A stretch of DNA of 64,000 bases, from contig AP026138.1 of assembly GCA_030295235.1 (NCBI GenBank), forward strand, positions 186,001-250,000, written 5' to 3'. Below are positions 12,418 through 24,473 of this stretch, piece by piece. The stretch comes from Fistulifera solaris (taxonomy: Eukaryota). Under the pieces are notes generated by a model. That model ran no database searches and had not been told where the DNA came from. It was given only the letters and a program-made list of their open reading frames with translations. The stretch's first letter is position 1. Every line of letters begins with the position of its first letter. The position numbers and the translations under genes were made by a program.

Positions 12418-13177
12418 TCATAAGCCTGTGTCGTTCCATGATGTAGAAGTAGAGAAATTCTGTTGCGTGTCAGAATTGTGTTGCAGCTGCCTGCCGTCAA
12501 CACCTTGTTGCATTTGCTGGAGGAGCGTTCCAAACTGGTTGGAAGGATCTTGAGCGAGCTCTTGAGGAACGGCTACCATGTTGTTGATGCCCTGTGTCTC
12601 GCCGACTTGTTGGTTGCCTTCATACACGGGAGCGGCAGAGGTCATGCCCCGAGGTATAATATCGATCAAGAAATCGAAGGTCTCGTCTTCCCCGACCGCC
12701 GCATGAATGTCGGCCCGTTGCAAGGTTCGACGTCGGCTCCTCTCGGTATGTTGCCAAGCACGAATGGTGAGCTCTTTAATCATGAGTTCGCAGGCCTTGG
12801 TCACTAAAACGGGGGCTTCCTGAGAAATCATGAACTTCATTTTTGTCGGTCTCTTTCCAAGGGAGCCCCAGGATTCGCTTGCCTTTGGCGTTCGCGCTCC
12901 AACTCTTGTGCAATGAAGTCTTCGCTTTTCATAATTTTCTTGATTCTTGCGAGCGGGAGCGACAAATTCTTCCAGTTTTCGGTTTCTTGAGAATCGCGGG
13001 AAGGGAAGAGATGAAATCTGTGAGACTATTATTATATACCTTCTATCGTCGAAACAGCATGCTTGACTTACTTGGATCAATTTGTTTGATCTCACGTACA
13101 GCAGCATTCCACACATCATCCAATGTCACTTCATTTTCGATCTGGGAAGCTGCGCTATTTTCATCATTTTCGTTCAT
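12418..13177 (-). CDS. NFYC: Nuclear transcription factor Y subunit C (HAP5-like histone fold), intron 12986-13071, frameshift ~12855
   Basis: Splicing gives [13 protein letters not shown], followed by [26 protein letters not shown]...RRTLQRADI...FDFLIDI. Confidence 0.85.
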
Positions 13178-13753
13178 CTCTTCTTGAGTTCTTGTTTCGC
13201 TTTGCGGGCGTTTTATTCTAATTCTGACTCTATAACTCTCATTAATCACTTAAAGTCTTCGTCCCTCGGTCGTTGCTTCTTAAACGCCAAGGGAGCGATC
13301 AGTGTTTCGATTTCACTTGACGCTTCAATGATGATGGACGGCAGAGGTTGCGATGATTGATTGGTTGATGTCGATGGGCGATACAACAACGGAGGAGAGG
13401 TGGTATGTTTCGTACGCCCCCCCGCCAACAGCTATCAATGACCATGTGTTTCGGACTTGCGCGCATTGACGCACGAATTACAACGTGACGTTTCTTGTTC
13501 TGTAAATCAGCCGTTGGCTGCGGAAAGACGTAGGAACATTATATACCGCTACGAAATTGGGTTTCTGTTCTCTGCCGAAACGTGAAAGAAATTGCATATA
13601 CGTACGTAGTACGTACAGTCCCGCCAGCTATCAATTGTGAAAACCGAGTAACTCAGGGTGAATCATCATTCGTCATCGACATTTTTCATTCATTTTCATC
13701 GTTGTGTGACTCCGGATTACCGAAAAATATGCGTCTCTGTGTAAAATCTAAAC

Positions 13754-14972
13754 TTACAAGTTCAACAGAGTTTTTACCATAGAATCGGCGATGTAATCAA
13801 CGTCGTCTATGCTGACCCCTAGATGCGTAACTACCCGAAATAATTTTCCGCCTGTGGAGTATCCGCCTGTTATCTTGATGCCGTATCCTTGTTCAAGTCG
13901 CTTACAGTATTCGCTTTTTGACTGAAGCACACTCTCTGGCAAGGAGAAGTAGAATATGTTTGTTTCCACTGCCCGAGAGATCTGAAATCCATAGTTTTCG
14001 AGTTTTGCTGCTAACTGCTTTGCAAAGTAATGATCCACTGATAAGCGCTCGACATTGTTTTCAAGAGCATACAAACCCATTGAAGCTACAACTCCAGCCT
14101 GTCGCATACCTCCTCCACATCGCTTTCTAGCCCGTTTCGCTAATCGAATGAACTCGTTATCACCAACCAAGACACTCCCTACTGGGGCTCCCAGCCCCTT
14201 GGAGACAAAGGGAGACGCTGTCAGCACCAGCACACAGCGAAGCTATAGATACGCCTTGGGCAACGGCTGCATTCGCTAATCGAGCTCCTGTATCATGAAG
14301 CAATGAGTGTAATGATATGTCCTCCCGAAAAATATAAAAATATTCATTGTACCTACCATCGACGTGTAATTTCAGTCCCAGTTCACGACAGATCGAACTC
14401 ATACCTGCCATGTACTCGACGGGTAAGGCTACCCCACCTAGCATATTGTGGGTATTCTCCAAGCACAGAAGCACGGTCTTGGAGCAATGGTCGTCACTGT
14501 CATCTCGAAAAAAGTCGCGAATATCCCCTTCCGAAATTTGAGCTGTTTCTCTGTCCTCAGGTAGCTGACGCGTGTGAATACCTCCCACGATAGCTGCATT
14601 CCCACCTTCCCATAAACTTATGTGGGACTGTGCACCGATCATGACTTCCGCTGCTCGATCGTACAGGCAGTGCGAAGTAAGAGCCACAAGATTCGCCATG
14701 GTTCCGGTAGGAAGGAAGAGACCGGCCTCGAAGCCTAACATGTCTGCCACATATTGCTGTAATTTCTGAACGGTTGGATCTTCTCCCATCACATCGTCAC
14801 CGAGCGGCGCGTTCAATGAGTACTTGATCATTTCTGGGGAAGGCAAAGTCACCGTATCACTCCGCAAATCAATAATGCGACGTGGAGATGATGACAATTT
14901 TCGACGACGGCAAAGCGACTTGCGGCGCAGCTGCTGCACAACATTAGCCAGCACGGATCTAGTAGTCTTCAT
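13754..14972 (-). CDS. ltaE: Low-specificity L-threonine aldolase, intron 14288-14356, frameshift ~14200
   Basis: DLRSDTVT, GDDVMGEDPT, PTGTMAN, LENTHN, HVDGARL, SKGLGAPVGS (PLP lysine), GGGMRQAG. Confidence 0.92.
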
Positions 14973-15780
14973 TGAAACAAAGCTAAAATTTATGCATTAA
15001 TGAGTTTTTTATGGCGACGAGAACAAACATATGAAAGCAACAACAGAAGCGCATTTTGCGATTATTGCATTGCGCTGTTCACGGTCAATTCAGTCACGTG
15101 TGCGGAATGCTTCCGCGAATTAACCGATGACGTGGACTACGTATCTCGCCTAATGGTTCCGGACAGGCTATCAAGTCACGTCGATAATGAAATTTTCAAA
15201 CACACATGGAGCTATGATTGGCAATTAATTTTGACTGAGCCAGTGTTTTGCCTAGAGCCAAACTTCTATGTTGTTGTGATAAATGTACCGGCACCTAATA
15301 TATTACTGGAGTAATAGTTTGTTAAACTCGAGAATAAAATTCCCTTGTCAATCCGATTCGAGCTAACTGAACTTACTTCGACTATGAGGCTATGAAGTTA
15401 TGGCAACGATCTCGTAGCGTAACCAGAACGAGGACTTAACGATGGCAATCTTGGTTGCGCTACTAATCGGTGCAGTTTTTCCCTTGCAATTGGCTTGTGA
15501 CGAAGCTTAAATACAAGTTGAAAATCTTCACTGAAGTACAACAACATATGTTATACCGGAGAATACACTCGAAATAAATATAACGCCACGTTCAACGAAA
15601 GTTTGTTGTTCTAAAACGACAACCGGGCTAACGCTTGCTATTCGTTGTTAACGTGCGACAGTTTTCTGCCAAAGGGTTCCGCACCTAGCTCAGCCGCAGA
15701 TATTATACAAGTATTCTGAGAAAGCAGGGATGTACAATTCGAATTGAGAAAAAGCGACTGCGCAGGAATAATCCAGGATT

Positions 15781-16163
15781 TCACTCGGCACTACCATCTT
15801 GACCTTGCTGTGCTTGCGCTTTCTTGGCATCTTGATACATGGGAGCGATTCGAAAGTCCAGTTTTTCCACTCCCAAGTATCCAATGAAACACATGAGAGT
15901 AGCAAATTGTGCCATGACACGAGCCTTCATCATCCGCTGACTTTTGACCGGATCACGATCGCGGAAACTTTTGATTCCGCTCGCCAAAAAATAAGCGGTC
16001 GCCGCGCATCCAATGGGTACCAGCGGTTGCTGTGAGAACTGCGTTGGGGAAATTGAAACGTTATGAGAGCTATTTCCTCGATGTAGCAAATTTGTATTGA
16101 AGCGCAACACACGAATCGTACCTTCCGCCAAATTTTTTCTTCGAGTGATTCATTGCGCGGCAT
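15781..16163 (-). CDS. HIG1-domain protein (respiratory supercomplex factor RCF1-like), intron 16039-16121
   Basis: EKIWRK|FSQQPLVPIGC...SQRMMKARVMAQ matches the HIG1 signature. Confidence 0.85.
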
Positions 16164-17026
16164 CTTCGGAGGCCCTCATCTCGGCTCGATTCACAAGCCG
16201 TACGCATAGTTGGTAGCCATCCCATCTTTGTTATTCAATGCTTTCAAAAGATCAACAGTAATAAATAAACGTGTTCACAACTCAATGCAGCGCAGAAATG
16301 CCGTACAATCTACAATCCCTTTTATTATTGTCGAATGTGACGACGATGTGACTCACGAAAACTGCATATTTCGTTTGTTGAAAAGGTTAAGGTTCATTTG
16401 TACCAGTAAAGAAAGAGAAAGAGCGTGTCACTTTATGTTTCGATTTTCGATCGTATTATTCGTGCGCGAGAACGACTGTAGGCAAGAAAGTGATCGATGT
16501 TCCGAATTTCAAGATCAAACGACTTAATAACTGTCGTCATTTGAAATATAGTACTTTAAAGTAGAACTAGTTTCGGTTGAAAACCGTATCTTTCTAGGCG
16601 CTTTGCCGTTGAAGACCCTCTTTAGGCGCCAAAGACGGAACTCGGCCTACGGGCGTGCCCGTGCTTGCGCCGTTGGCGCATTGGTTCGAAAAGACCGTAA
16701 ATACCATGGTACACGAGCGGTTGGTTGAAATTCGATGTCTTTGTTGAAATTCGGCTGCATCGTTGGAAGGATTTAAGACCATTTGAACCGCAATTGCCTT
16801 GAGTATTGACAAACAACAAGATAAACGAAGTCTCATTGCGGTTTAAAGTGGTTATTCCTGATTTTTAAACGGAAGCGTCAAGCAAATCAATTGTTATCTC
16901 TCCTGGTTGACATCAGTACTGCAATTCTTCCCTTCGAAAGTGCTCCTGCCCTTTTCATTTATTTCGCTTTATTAGGCGGATTTCATAACACTCTTATTAA
17001 GCGCCGCGATTATTACGCATTTTTCA

Positions 17027-18228
17027 ATGACACAGGTTACAAGCGCTGCCGCTAAGGAGGCTCCGAAGACACCGGCAAACCAAAAAACACCCAACCGCAT
17101 CACCAACAACTATGCTGACGCTACTACCCCCATCACCAGCATGAAGCCCAAACGCCCTCGCTCGTCGCTGAACGGTGCACCTGCTTCTTCGGCTCAACCC
17201 GGACGTCTTAGCAATACCGAAGTTCCGTTGTCGCCGATGCATCCGGTAAAACCGGTACACCGAGACGCAAATGATGGGGTAGTCAAACTTGCCGAAGAAA
17301 CGAAAGGATCCAGTTCTTGGGTAACTCGCAAAGTCGATGCTCTTTTCAGTCCGGTGTTACGGATGCTGGAGCACAGCGACGAAGACGAGGTGGTGGTACA
17401 CGGTCTCCCGCGCGTTCAATCGGAAGAGGAAGAACACAGTGACGACTGTAGCATTTCCATTCAAGGGCAAGAAATGCCCGAGTCGGACGAATTCAATCCA
17501 TGGCAATTTATTCAGTCGTTGCCGCCCTATCAAGAGATCAGCTACCTTCGTCCGAACGTATGCCTTCCGCCGAAAGACCCGCAGGCGCCCCCGATCACCT
17601 TGGTGTTGGATCTGGATGAAACGCTGGTGCACTGCAGTGTCGAACCCGTGGATGATGCCGACTTGGTGTTTCCGGTTGATTTCCATGGGATCACGTACCA
17701 AGTGCATGTTAAGAAGCGACCGTATTTGGAAACATTCTTGGAGGCATGTTGCGGAAAGTTCGAGGTGTTGTTGTTTACAGCCAGTCAGAAAATTTATGCC
17801 AATGAGCTTCTCAACCGTATTGATCCTGGTGAGTCAACTGTGTTTGAGTTGACTTTAATGGGTTGTGTTTCATTTTCTCACGTCTTTCTTTCTCTCTAGA
17901 AGGAAAATACATCCAACATCGGTTGTATCGCGACTCGTGTCTCCCGGTCGAAGGAAATTTCTTGAAAGATCTCACCGTCCTTGGTCGAGATCTGGCACAG
18001 ACCATTCTGGTCGATAACTCACCACATGCTTTTGGTTACCAAGTTGAGAATGGGATACCTATCGAATCCTGGTTTGAAGATCCAGATGATCGCGAATTAA
18101 TTAAACTGGAGCGTTTCTTGCGGCAGCACTGTCTCGACGTTCCGGACGTGCGCCCCATCCTCGACAAAAAATTTCAGTGCCGTCGGCTGGTTAACGAAGC
18201 ACCACCTATCTTATTCGGGGATGAGTAG
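17027..18228 (+). CDS. CTDSPL2: CTD small phosphatase-like (SCP4/CTDSPL2; NIF domain), intron 17829-17899
   Basis: LVLDLDETLVH, KRPYL, FTASQKIYA, KDLTVLGRDL, VDNSPHAF. Confidence 0.9.
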
Positions 18229-19039
18229 GTCATGTGAAAGTAAATATAAAAGAAAGATCTGTCTAAGCTTCGCTAATATTTGTCAGTCATTTTTAACTGT
18301 TAACCTAGGTCATTTAGTTTGCTGTTTAGAAATGAGAACCTGTTATTTGTAGATGGCTCAAGCCATTCTGAAAGACTTTGTAATTCAATACTGCTTCATT
18401 TTCTTAGTCCTGCGTCCTGGAATTTAGAACGTATAACCTGGAATGTATTTTTGCCAGTGGACTCGCCCTAATATAGTTTTTGTCTTCAATTTTATAGCCT
18501 TCTTATCCTCGCTATCGGTTATTAAACTAGCCTTGCGCATGATCCTGCTTCTGCCGCATTTTCATGAGCTAATATATTAGACACACGCTTCAATTGACTT
18601 AGACCTTAGACCTTAGACGTGCAAGGCTAGTTAGGATTCGTGGTAATACGAAATGGTTTGTACAGTAAGGCTTACAATCTCGCTAGCTTCATTACTTAGA
18701 GCAAATATCGCTAAATACCTGCTAAAAATTCAAATACTTAAGTTTTTTGCAATACCACTCTAATGTAATCATATACTAGAAAACATGCAATCTCCTAAGT
18801 ACTTTTTGCATCATTGGCTTTTCTATCAACGAGGAAATCGCCGGACTGGTCTCATAGGTCTAAATAAACGTAGCGGATGACGTTTGTCGTGATCTTGAAA
18901 CTCGTCCCATCGTTTGCGACAACGAACAAGCTCAATAACAGCAACAATTTTCGTTTTCTTTCGCCCTTGAAGACGATCGACTTGCCGGAAAGATCATAGT
19001 ATTGTACCTTGAGTTTCAAGCAACGTCGTCAATCTCACC

Positions 19040-19924
19040 ATGAGTGTCGCGTCCTACGCTCTAGCCAATCCTACAAAGGTCCTATACGGTGCCCTCGCAA
19101 CTTGGTGGTTTGGTGGTATCTTAGCCATAATCATTCCGCTTATAAAATGGCGACAGTCTCGCGAAGCTTACTATAACATGTTCGGTCGATACATTGAGTA
19201 CCAGAACGCACAACGCCAAGCGGAACGTAACCAAAACCAAAATAATCAGATGTACAATTACAATGGGTATACGATGAAGAACTGCTCATGGTGGCAATGG
19301 GGATGCCGAAGGCAGCAATACAAGTACCATCAGCAGTATTATCAGTACCTTCAGCAAAACGGGGGCGCACAAGCGCAGCGCCGAGTCTATACGCCACGCT
19401 GGTACAATTTTTTGGGAGGAAAGATGCCCGAAGAGGATAATCGTCACCGTGAAGAAATGGGTTTCGAACAAAACAGCGGAGGCGGTGTCAAGTTTGTTTA
19501 TGCATGGTCACTTATCATGTTTGTAGCCTTGTTGCTGTATGCGTCGTTTGTCATGTACCGACAGTACCAGTTCCGGGACAAGTTGACATTCAGCGTCGGC
19601 ATGGTTTGGGTTCTTCTTCTGACCGTTTTCCAATACAGCTTTCTCATGCTCGTTCTGGTACCCCAAGGAGTTATTGAGACAGATGATCGAGACCTCGAAA
19701 ACTTCGCTTATGGATGGTATGGGCAGTTCCCTATCCTTCTTGCTTACTTCCAGTTTGCCGTAGCTTTGTTTTCTGGAATTTCGTTGTTGCTGCTCACGGG
19801 CATTCTATCCTATGTGCAGCGCATCAAGTCCAAGTCCAGCTCCGTTGCCGAAGTGGTTCAGGATGTTTCCAAAAGTGACACGGTGGGAAAAATCGCAGGC
19901 GATGGATACGATCGCTTGGCTTAA
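19040..19924 (+). CDS. Hypothetical multi-pass membrane protein with N/Q/Y-rich loop
   Basis: 294 aa ORF, about four hydrophobic segments, CSWWQWGCR motif. Confidence 0.65.
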   Translation: MSVASYALANPTKVLYGALATWWFGGILAIIIPLIKWRQSREAYYNMFGRYIEYQNAQRQAERNQNQNNQMYNYNGYTMKNCSWWQWGCRRQQYKYHQQYYQYLQQNGGAQAQRRVYTPRWYNFLGGKMPEEDNRHREEMGFEQNSGGGVKFVYAWSLIMFVALLLYASFVMYRQYQFRDKLTFSVGMVWVLLLTVFQYSFLMLVLVPQGVIETDDRDLENFAYGWYGQFPILLAYFQFAVALFSGISLLLLTGILSYVQRIKSKSSSVAEVVQDVSKSDTVGKIAGDGYDRLA

Positions 19925-20218
19925 TGAAGTAAATATTCAATGGTAACACTAGTGCAGTTTTAATTTTAAATTCATTTGTTCGGGTGCTAAAAAAAGAAGT
20001 CCACGATAGATATCTGAAAACAGATCGCTGATGATCATTAAAGAAGCTACCTTCGGTTTGAGCTACGTTACAGGTTGACGGTTAGTGCAGGCAGGGACGA
20101 TTCCTTTCGCCCTACGGCACCAATTAACTAGAGAGAGGGATGCTATCTTTTGACATGAAGGCATTACATTAAGTTATAATTCATAATTTTGTGTACTTAC
20201 TTCTTTTGTGTTCGTCGT

Positions 20219-20930
20219 TCAGTACTGACCCAAAGAAGAGAAAGCATCGGTGCTAGACGAGGTTCTTGCTTGCAGTTGCAAACGCTGTTTTGATGCTGCG
20301 AGCTCTGAGAGGAAGGCTAGCTCATTCGCAGCAGTGTCCACGCGTGGATGTTGCAGTTGCATGAGGAGCTTATTAATATTGTCGGCGGTGAGAAATTGCT
20401 GCCGTAATTGCAGATTTGGCACAGATTTATCGTGAGCGAGAGAAAAGTCACTAGCCCCTCGTTTGGATCGAATCATTGCTTCCCTGAGCTGCGCGTTCTC
20501 TCTACGAGCAGCCTCGATTTCAGTCTCCAGCTTTGCTGCAGCACGGCAGCTTTCTTGATAATCTTTCGATAGGGATGAAACGGTTTTCTATGCAAGAATA
20601 AGAAGAGGTTAGTAGTGAGAATGCTGAAAAGGCCTTCTAGTTAATGACATTCGCTTACCTGCAAGTCGGCAATGATTTCCTTGCGTCGCTGGCGAGACTG
20701 AAAAGCGGCAAGACGGTTTGCGGCACGTCTCGCCTTTTGCGGTCTGCTTCGGATAAATTCCCTTTCTGAGCGGCCTCGAGCTTCGCTTGAAGGAGGGCCG
20801 TTTCACACAATGATCCTTTCTTCACCAATCGCCGTCCATCGGATCTGCGCCGATCCTCAACAGCCGCCTCACCACTATGCTTTTCACTTGACGTGTATGA
20901 CATTGATTCAGAGTTGTCTGCAGTAGACAT
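20219..20930 (-). CDS. bZIP transcription factor, intron 20588-20658, frameshift ~20735
   Basis: Adding one A to an A4 run gives KKARRAANRLAAFQSRQRRK (N-x7-R basic region), then IADLQ|KTVSSL...KLETEIEAARRENAQLRE (zipper) across a GT-AG intron. Confidence 0.8.
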
Positions 20931-21703
20931 TGTTTTCTAGAGTCCCAAGTCCCAAAGAGGCAACGCAACAAGTGACATAAACCCGATCGAGTTGGGTGTT
21001 TTATGCGCGTGTTGAGAGTGAGAAATCGGGTAAACGATCCAAGACCTCGCGTGGAAAGGCTACCAGACATCACGCAGCAATAAACCGGTCTTTTTCATCT
21101 TCAGTTTTCGCAACACGTATGGTTTTTACGTAAGGCGCACGTAGAAAAACACAAGTTCCGAGACAAGATTTCTGGGTGCCCAGAACAGTATTTCTGCTGC
21201 ATCACACCAACTTCCCGCGGAGTTTCGTCCAAACTCGCCACTATACATCAAACTGTATGAATTACCAGTGAAAAGGCTAGACGTTGATGATGCAATGATG
21301 CATGATGCATGATTGTATTGTACTATTTGAGAAATGCTGCGGCATGCACTCGTGATGCATTCGCGCGTATTGTAAAACTGGTGTGACATGGGCGGCGTTC
21401 CGCGACCTTCTTTGTTTCACAACCATTCATCACGTTTTTGTTGTGTGACGCACGCAGCGCATAAGCATGACGACATCTGTCCCTAAAGCCTAAAGCTACT
21501 AAGGCGTAAATTTCTAGAGAAGGTGCTCCTGTCAAATTCGATGCTTTTAGGTAAATAGTCTGAATATCATAAGGGTATGAACGACTTCTCATCGCTCTCG
21601 TTTTTTACAAAACATTTTCAGCTCTCTGGGTTGGTCTCAACGTTTCAGCACTATCTGACAAAAGAAGTCTTTAGTTTAGAGATGGCTGTAATAGACCTTA
21701 CTT

Positions 21704-23980
21704 TTAAGCCAAGTAGTTGTAGCGATTTCGGTCCTTAGCATCTCTTTCCATATATTCTCGTTCAATCAACGACTCTATTCGACTCTTAACATCAGCGGCT
21801 TGGGCAGGAAACTTTACTTGTTCCATAACTTGAGGGATCAGCTGCTGATGCAGCACGGTCTTCCGCGCCTTGAGAATACGAACCAGGACGGCGTCAATTA
21901 AGTAAAGCCGATCACGAGAGACTGTTTCAACAGTTTTGTCGCGCTCTTCCTTAGTCTCTTTCATCATAATATTTTGGATGCGAATTCGACGCTGGTTCGA
22001 AACGAAGGCTGTTTGGATAAGAAATTCATCTTCGTCTTGAACTGTCATGCGCGGCTTCTTTTTTCCGTCGGGGTCCAGTTTTCGTAAGATGCGCGTGCCC
22101 TCCTTTCCCAAGGCGAGAGATTGTAAGATACGCTCCATTTCATCGCGATCTTCTAATCCGATTGCTTGCATAAGACCCGGCAGTGTCCACTTCGTTTCGG
22201 CGTCCGTAAATTGGATCAAAACAAGCGCTTGAAGCAAGCTGACATTCAGCTCATAGGGTTTCGAAAATCCGTTCGTTTTGACAAGACAGTTGCCTAGCGC
22301 GTATTGCCATGCGACGCGGCGGCCGTGGCATTTCTTTTTATAGAAGGCATCAAACGAATTTTGGCGCTCGAGTAGACTGGAGGGAAGCTGTAAATTCTGG
22401 TACTGGGGATACACAGGCCAGTACCCTGTAGTAAGAATCTGAACTTCCATTTCCACCCTGTTATCTTGCGAAGCATTTTGTTCCGCTGCCTGCTTGTAGA
22501 CCAACATATGCTCTCTGCTCAAATCAATATCTTGGAACATTCCTTCCATTTTGGAGGTATAGCCGGCGCCACATTCCGCCTTCAAAAATGAGCAAACTTG
22601 CTTCTCAATGTCCATGCTGACAACTTTGTTCCACAGCAATCGCTTTGCCAGATCACGCTTGTAAAAGGCTTCAAAGATGTCTTTGGCTTGCAGCGGAACG
22701 AATATTCCTGTGACGACGCTACTCAACCAATCGGCTGGCTGCACATCCAACTTCTTTGCGGACTTGAGGATTTGATCGAGATGTTTTGCCAATGGTTCGG
22801 CAAGAGACTCCTCACTATTAACAACTTCCTCCCAGACGCTCTTTAGTGAGATCACCTCTCCGGCTCCGGGTAATCTCGCAATCGTTTGCTTGACCATACT
22901 TTGCAGTGCCAACAGATCCGCAACAGATTGACTTCGTCGTAAACCTTCTTGTTTCACAAACGATGCTATCACTTGAGCCACCTTGGCGTGTCCTGAGGGT
23001 AATCGTCCACACAATAACCAGAGTTGTGTCAGTGGCACCGAGGTTGCTGATGTTACAAGTTCTTGCTGCAGGAAAGGTTGCCAGAAACGCTCTTGAGCCA
23101 GCAGTCCGTCTAAAATCAATGGCTGCGTGATGCAGGTATCCAGGACGTGACCAAGCCATTGCACGGGCAACCAAGGCCAAATGGGGATGACACTGAATTG
23201 TTGATGTGTCCAAGTAATGAACTGCGCGGCTGCTCCTTGACTATTGGAGGAGAAGGACTCCCAAACTTCCTTACTGGTCCGTTCCCAGTACTCGTGCAGA
23301 TCTGCTTCAATGGGAAGACTCGACAAAACTTGTAGATCTTGCCACATGTACCAGATGCTTTGTAGTACCGGTGTGCTGGTGGCGATCTTCCAATCTTGAT
23401 AAATCCAAACCTGAAACCATTCTTGATAGATAGTTTTCAAGTAAAACTGAAGCTGTTCCGCAAAGGCTGCAAGACCCGCCGTCCAAAGCGTTTGTGCGTG
23501 CGCCGAGACAGGGACGGCCGTTGTCCCGTTCCATCCGTGCGTTCGATCCAGAGGAAGTAACACGTGCTGACAGCACAACAAATATTCCGTATAAATCCGG
23601 TAAAGTTCCGGAATAATTTGCAGAAGAGGTCCCTGTCCTAGACCAGTGTGCGGTAACACAATGCGGACTGCTTGCTTCATGGATTGAATCCAGTCTTCGT
23701 AAAGACGGGGACCGTACTGGTGTCGCACCAAAGTCACCACCGACGTGTACGCATTTTGCAAGCTCAAGTCGGTCTGTTTTTCGGTTTTCTCTCCTCTATA
23801 TTCCGCCAGTTGTCGATTTAATATCTCTAGCGTCCCATCCAGTAATTCTTTCACGGTTTGTTCGTAATAATTGGCGGGCAAGGAAGGAGGCTTGGAGAAC
23901 GGACGAATGACTATCTTGCTCGTTTTTGCCTTGTTGCGGCTCGTTGCTGCGGCGTGCTGATGCATCAAATTGCGCGACAT
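21704..23980 (-). CDS. CUL4: Cullin (cullin-4-like)
   Basis: KDIFEAFYKRDLAKRLL, ECGAGYTSKMEGMFQDI, LTTGYWP, IDAVLVRILKARK, IESLIEREYMERD...YNYLA; N-terminal PPSLPANY is CUL4-like. Confidence 0.9.
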   Translation of the reverse strand: MSRNLMHQHAAATSRNKAKTSKIVIRPFSKPPSLPANYYEQTVKELLDGTLEILNRQLAEYRGEKTEKQTDLSLQNAYTSVVTLVRHQYGPRLYEDWIQSMKQAVRIVLPHTGLGQGPLLQIIPELYRIYTEYLLCCQHVLLPLDRTHGWNGTTAVPVSAHAQTLWTAGLAAFAEQLQFYLKTIYQEWFQVWIYQDWKIATSTPVLQSIWYMWQDLQVLSSLPIEADLHEYWERTSKEVWESFSSNSQGAAAQFITWTHQQFSVIPIWPWLPVQWLGHVLDTCITQPLILDGLLAQERFWQPFLQQELVTSATSVPLTQLWLLCGRLPSGHAKVAQVIASFVKQEGLRRSQSVADLLALQSMVKQTIARLPGAGEVISLKSVWEEVVNSEESLAEPLAKHLDQILKSAKKLDVQPADWLSSVVTGIFVPLQAKDIFEAFYKRDLAKRLLWNKVVSMDIEKQVCSFLKAECGAGYTSKMEGMFQDIDLSREHMLVYKQAAEQNASQDNRVEMEVQILTTGYWPVYPQYQNLQLPSSLLERQNSFDAFYKKKCHGRRVAWQYALGNCLVKTNGFSKPYELNVSLLQALVLIQFTDAETKWTLPGLMQAIGLEDRDEMERILQSLALGKEGTRILRKLDPDGKKKPRMTVQDEDEFLIQTAFVSNQRRIRIQNIMMKETKEERDKTVETVSRDRLYLIDAVLVRILKARKTVLHQQLIPQVMEQVKFPAQAADVKSRIESLIEREYMERDAKDRNRYNYLA

Positions 23981-24473
23981 GCTAGCGGTAAATTAAAACA
24001 GTAATGCAACGCTAGACGAGGGTTGAAACGGCGGTCAAAGCTAAGAATGATAACAAAGACATTGACCGGTTGCGTTGTACGGAGTAACAAGCTTGTCACG
24101 CGGTGTCGAAAACAAGAAAGGGGAGGAGGGAGACTTCCGTTAGGTCTCCAACCAGGGTGAACCTCTTCCGATAGCTCTCCCGTTAGGAGAGACGTTAACT
24201 GACTACATTCAACTTTACAGTAGAGTACGCGCCATTGGATGTGGTACTAATTACTTAAAGGCCTTCCATCCATCATTAGTTCTACTTAGGTCACGCACAA
24301 TAACCGCACAATCGTTCGCGTTGTGCGTTTGTTCCGTTCCGACTGCCGACAAGATGATCAGAACGCTGCATTCCTTATTGTCATAGTTGCCCTTCCGTTC
24401 CTACTGTTGCTCTTTTACAACATTAACATGTCGATCATTGAAGCGAAGGGCGGCGATCATTAAATCCGCGATT

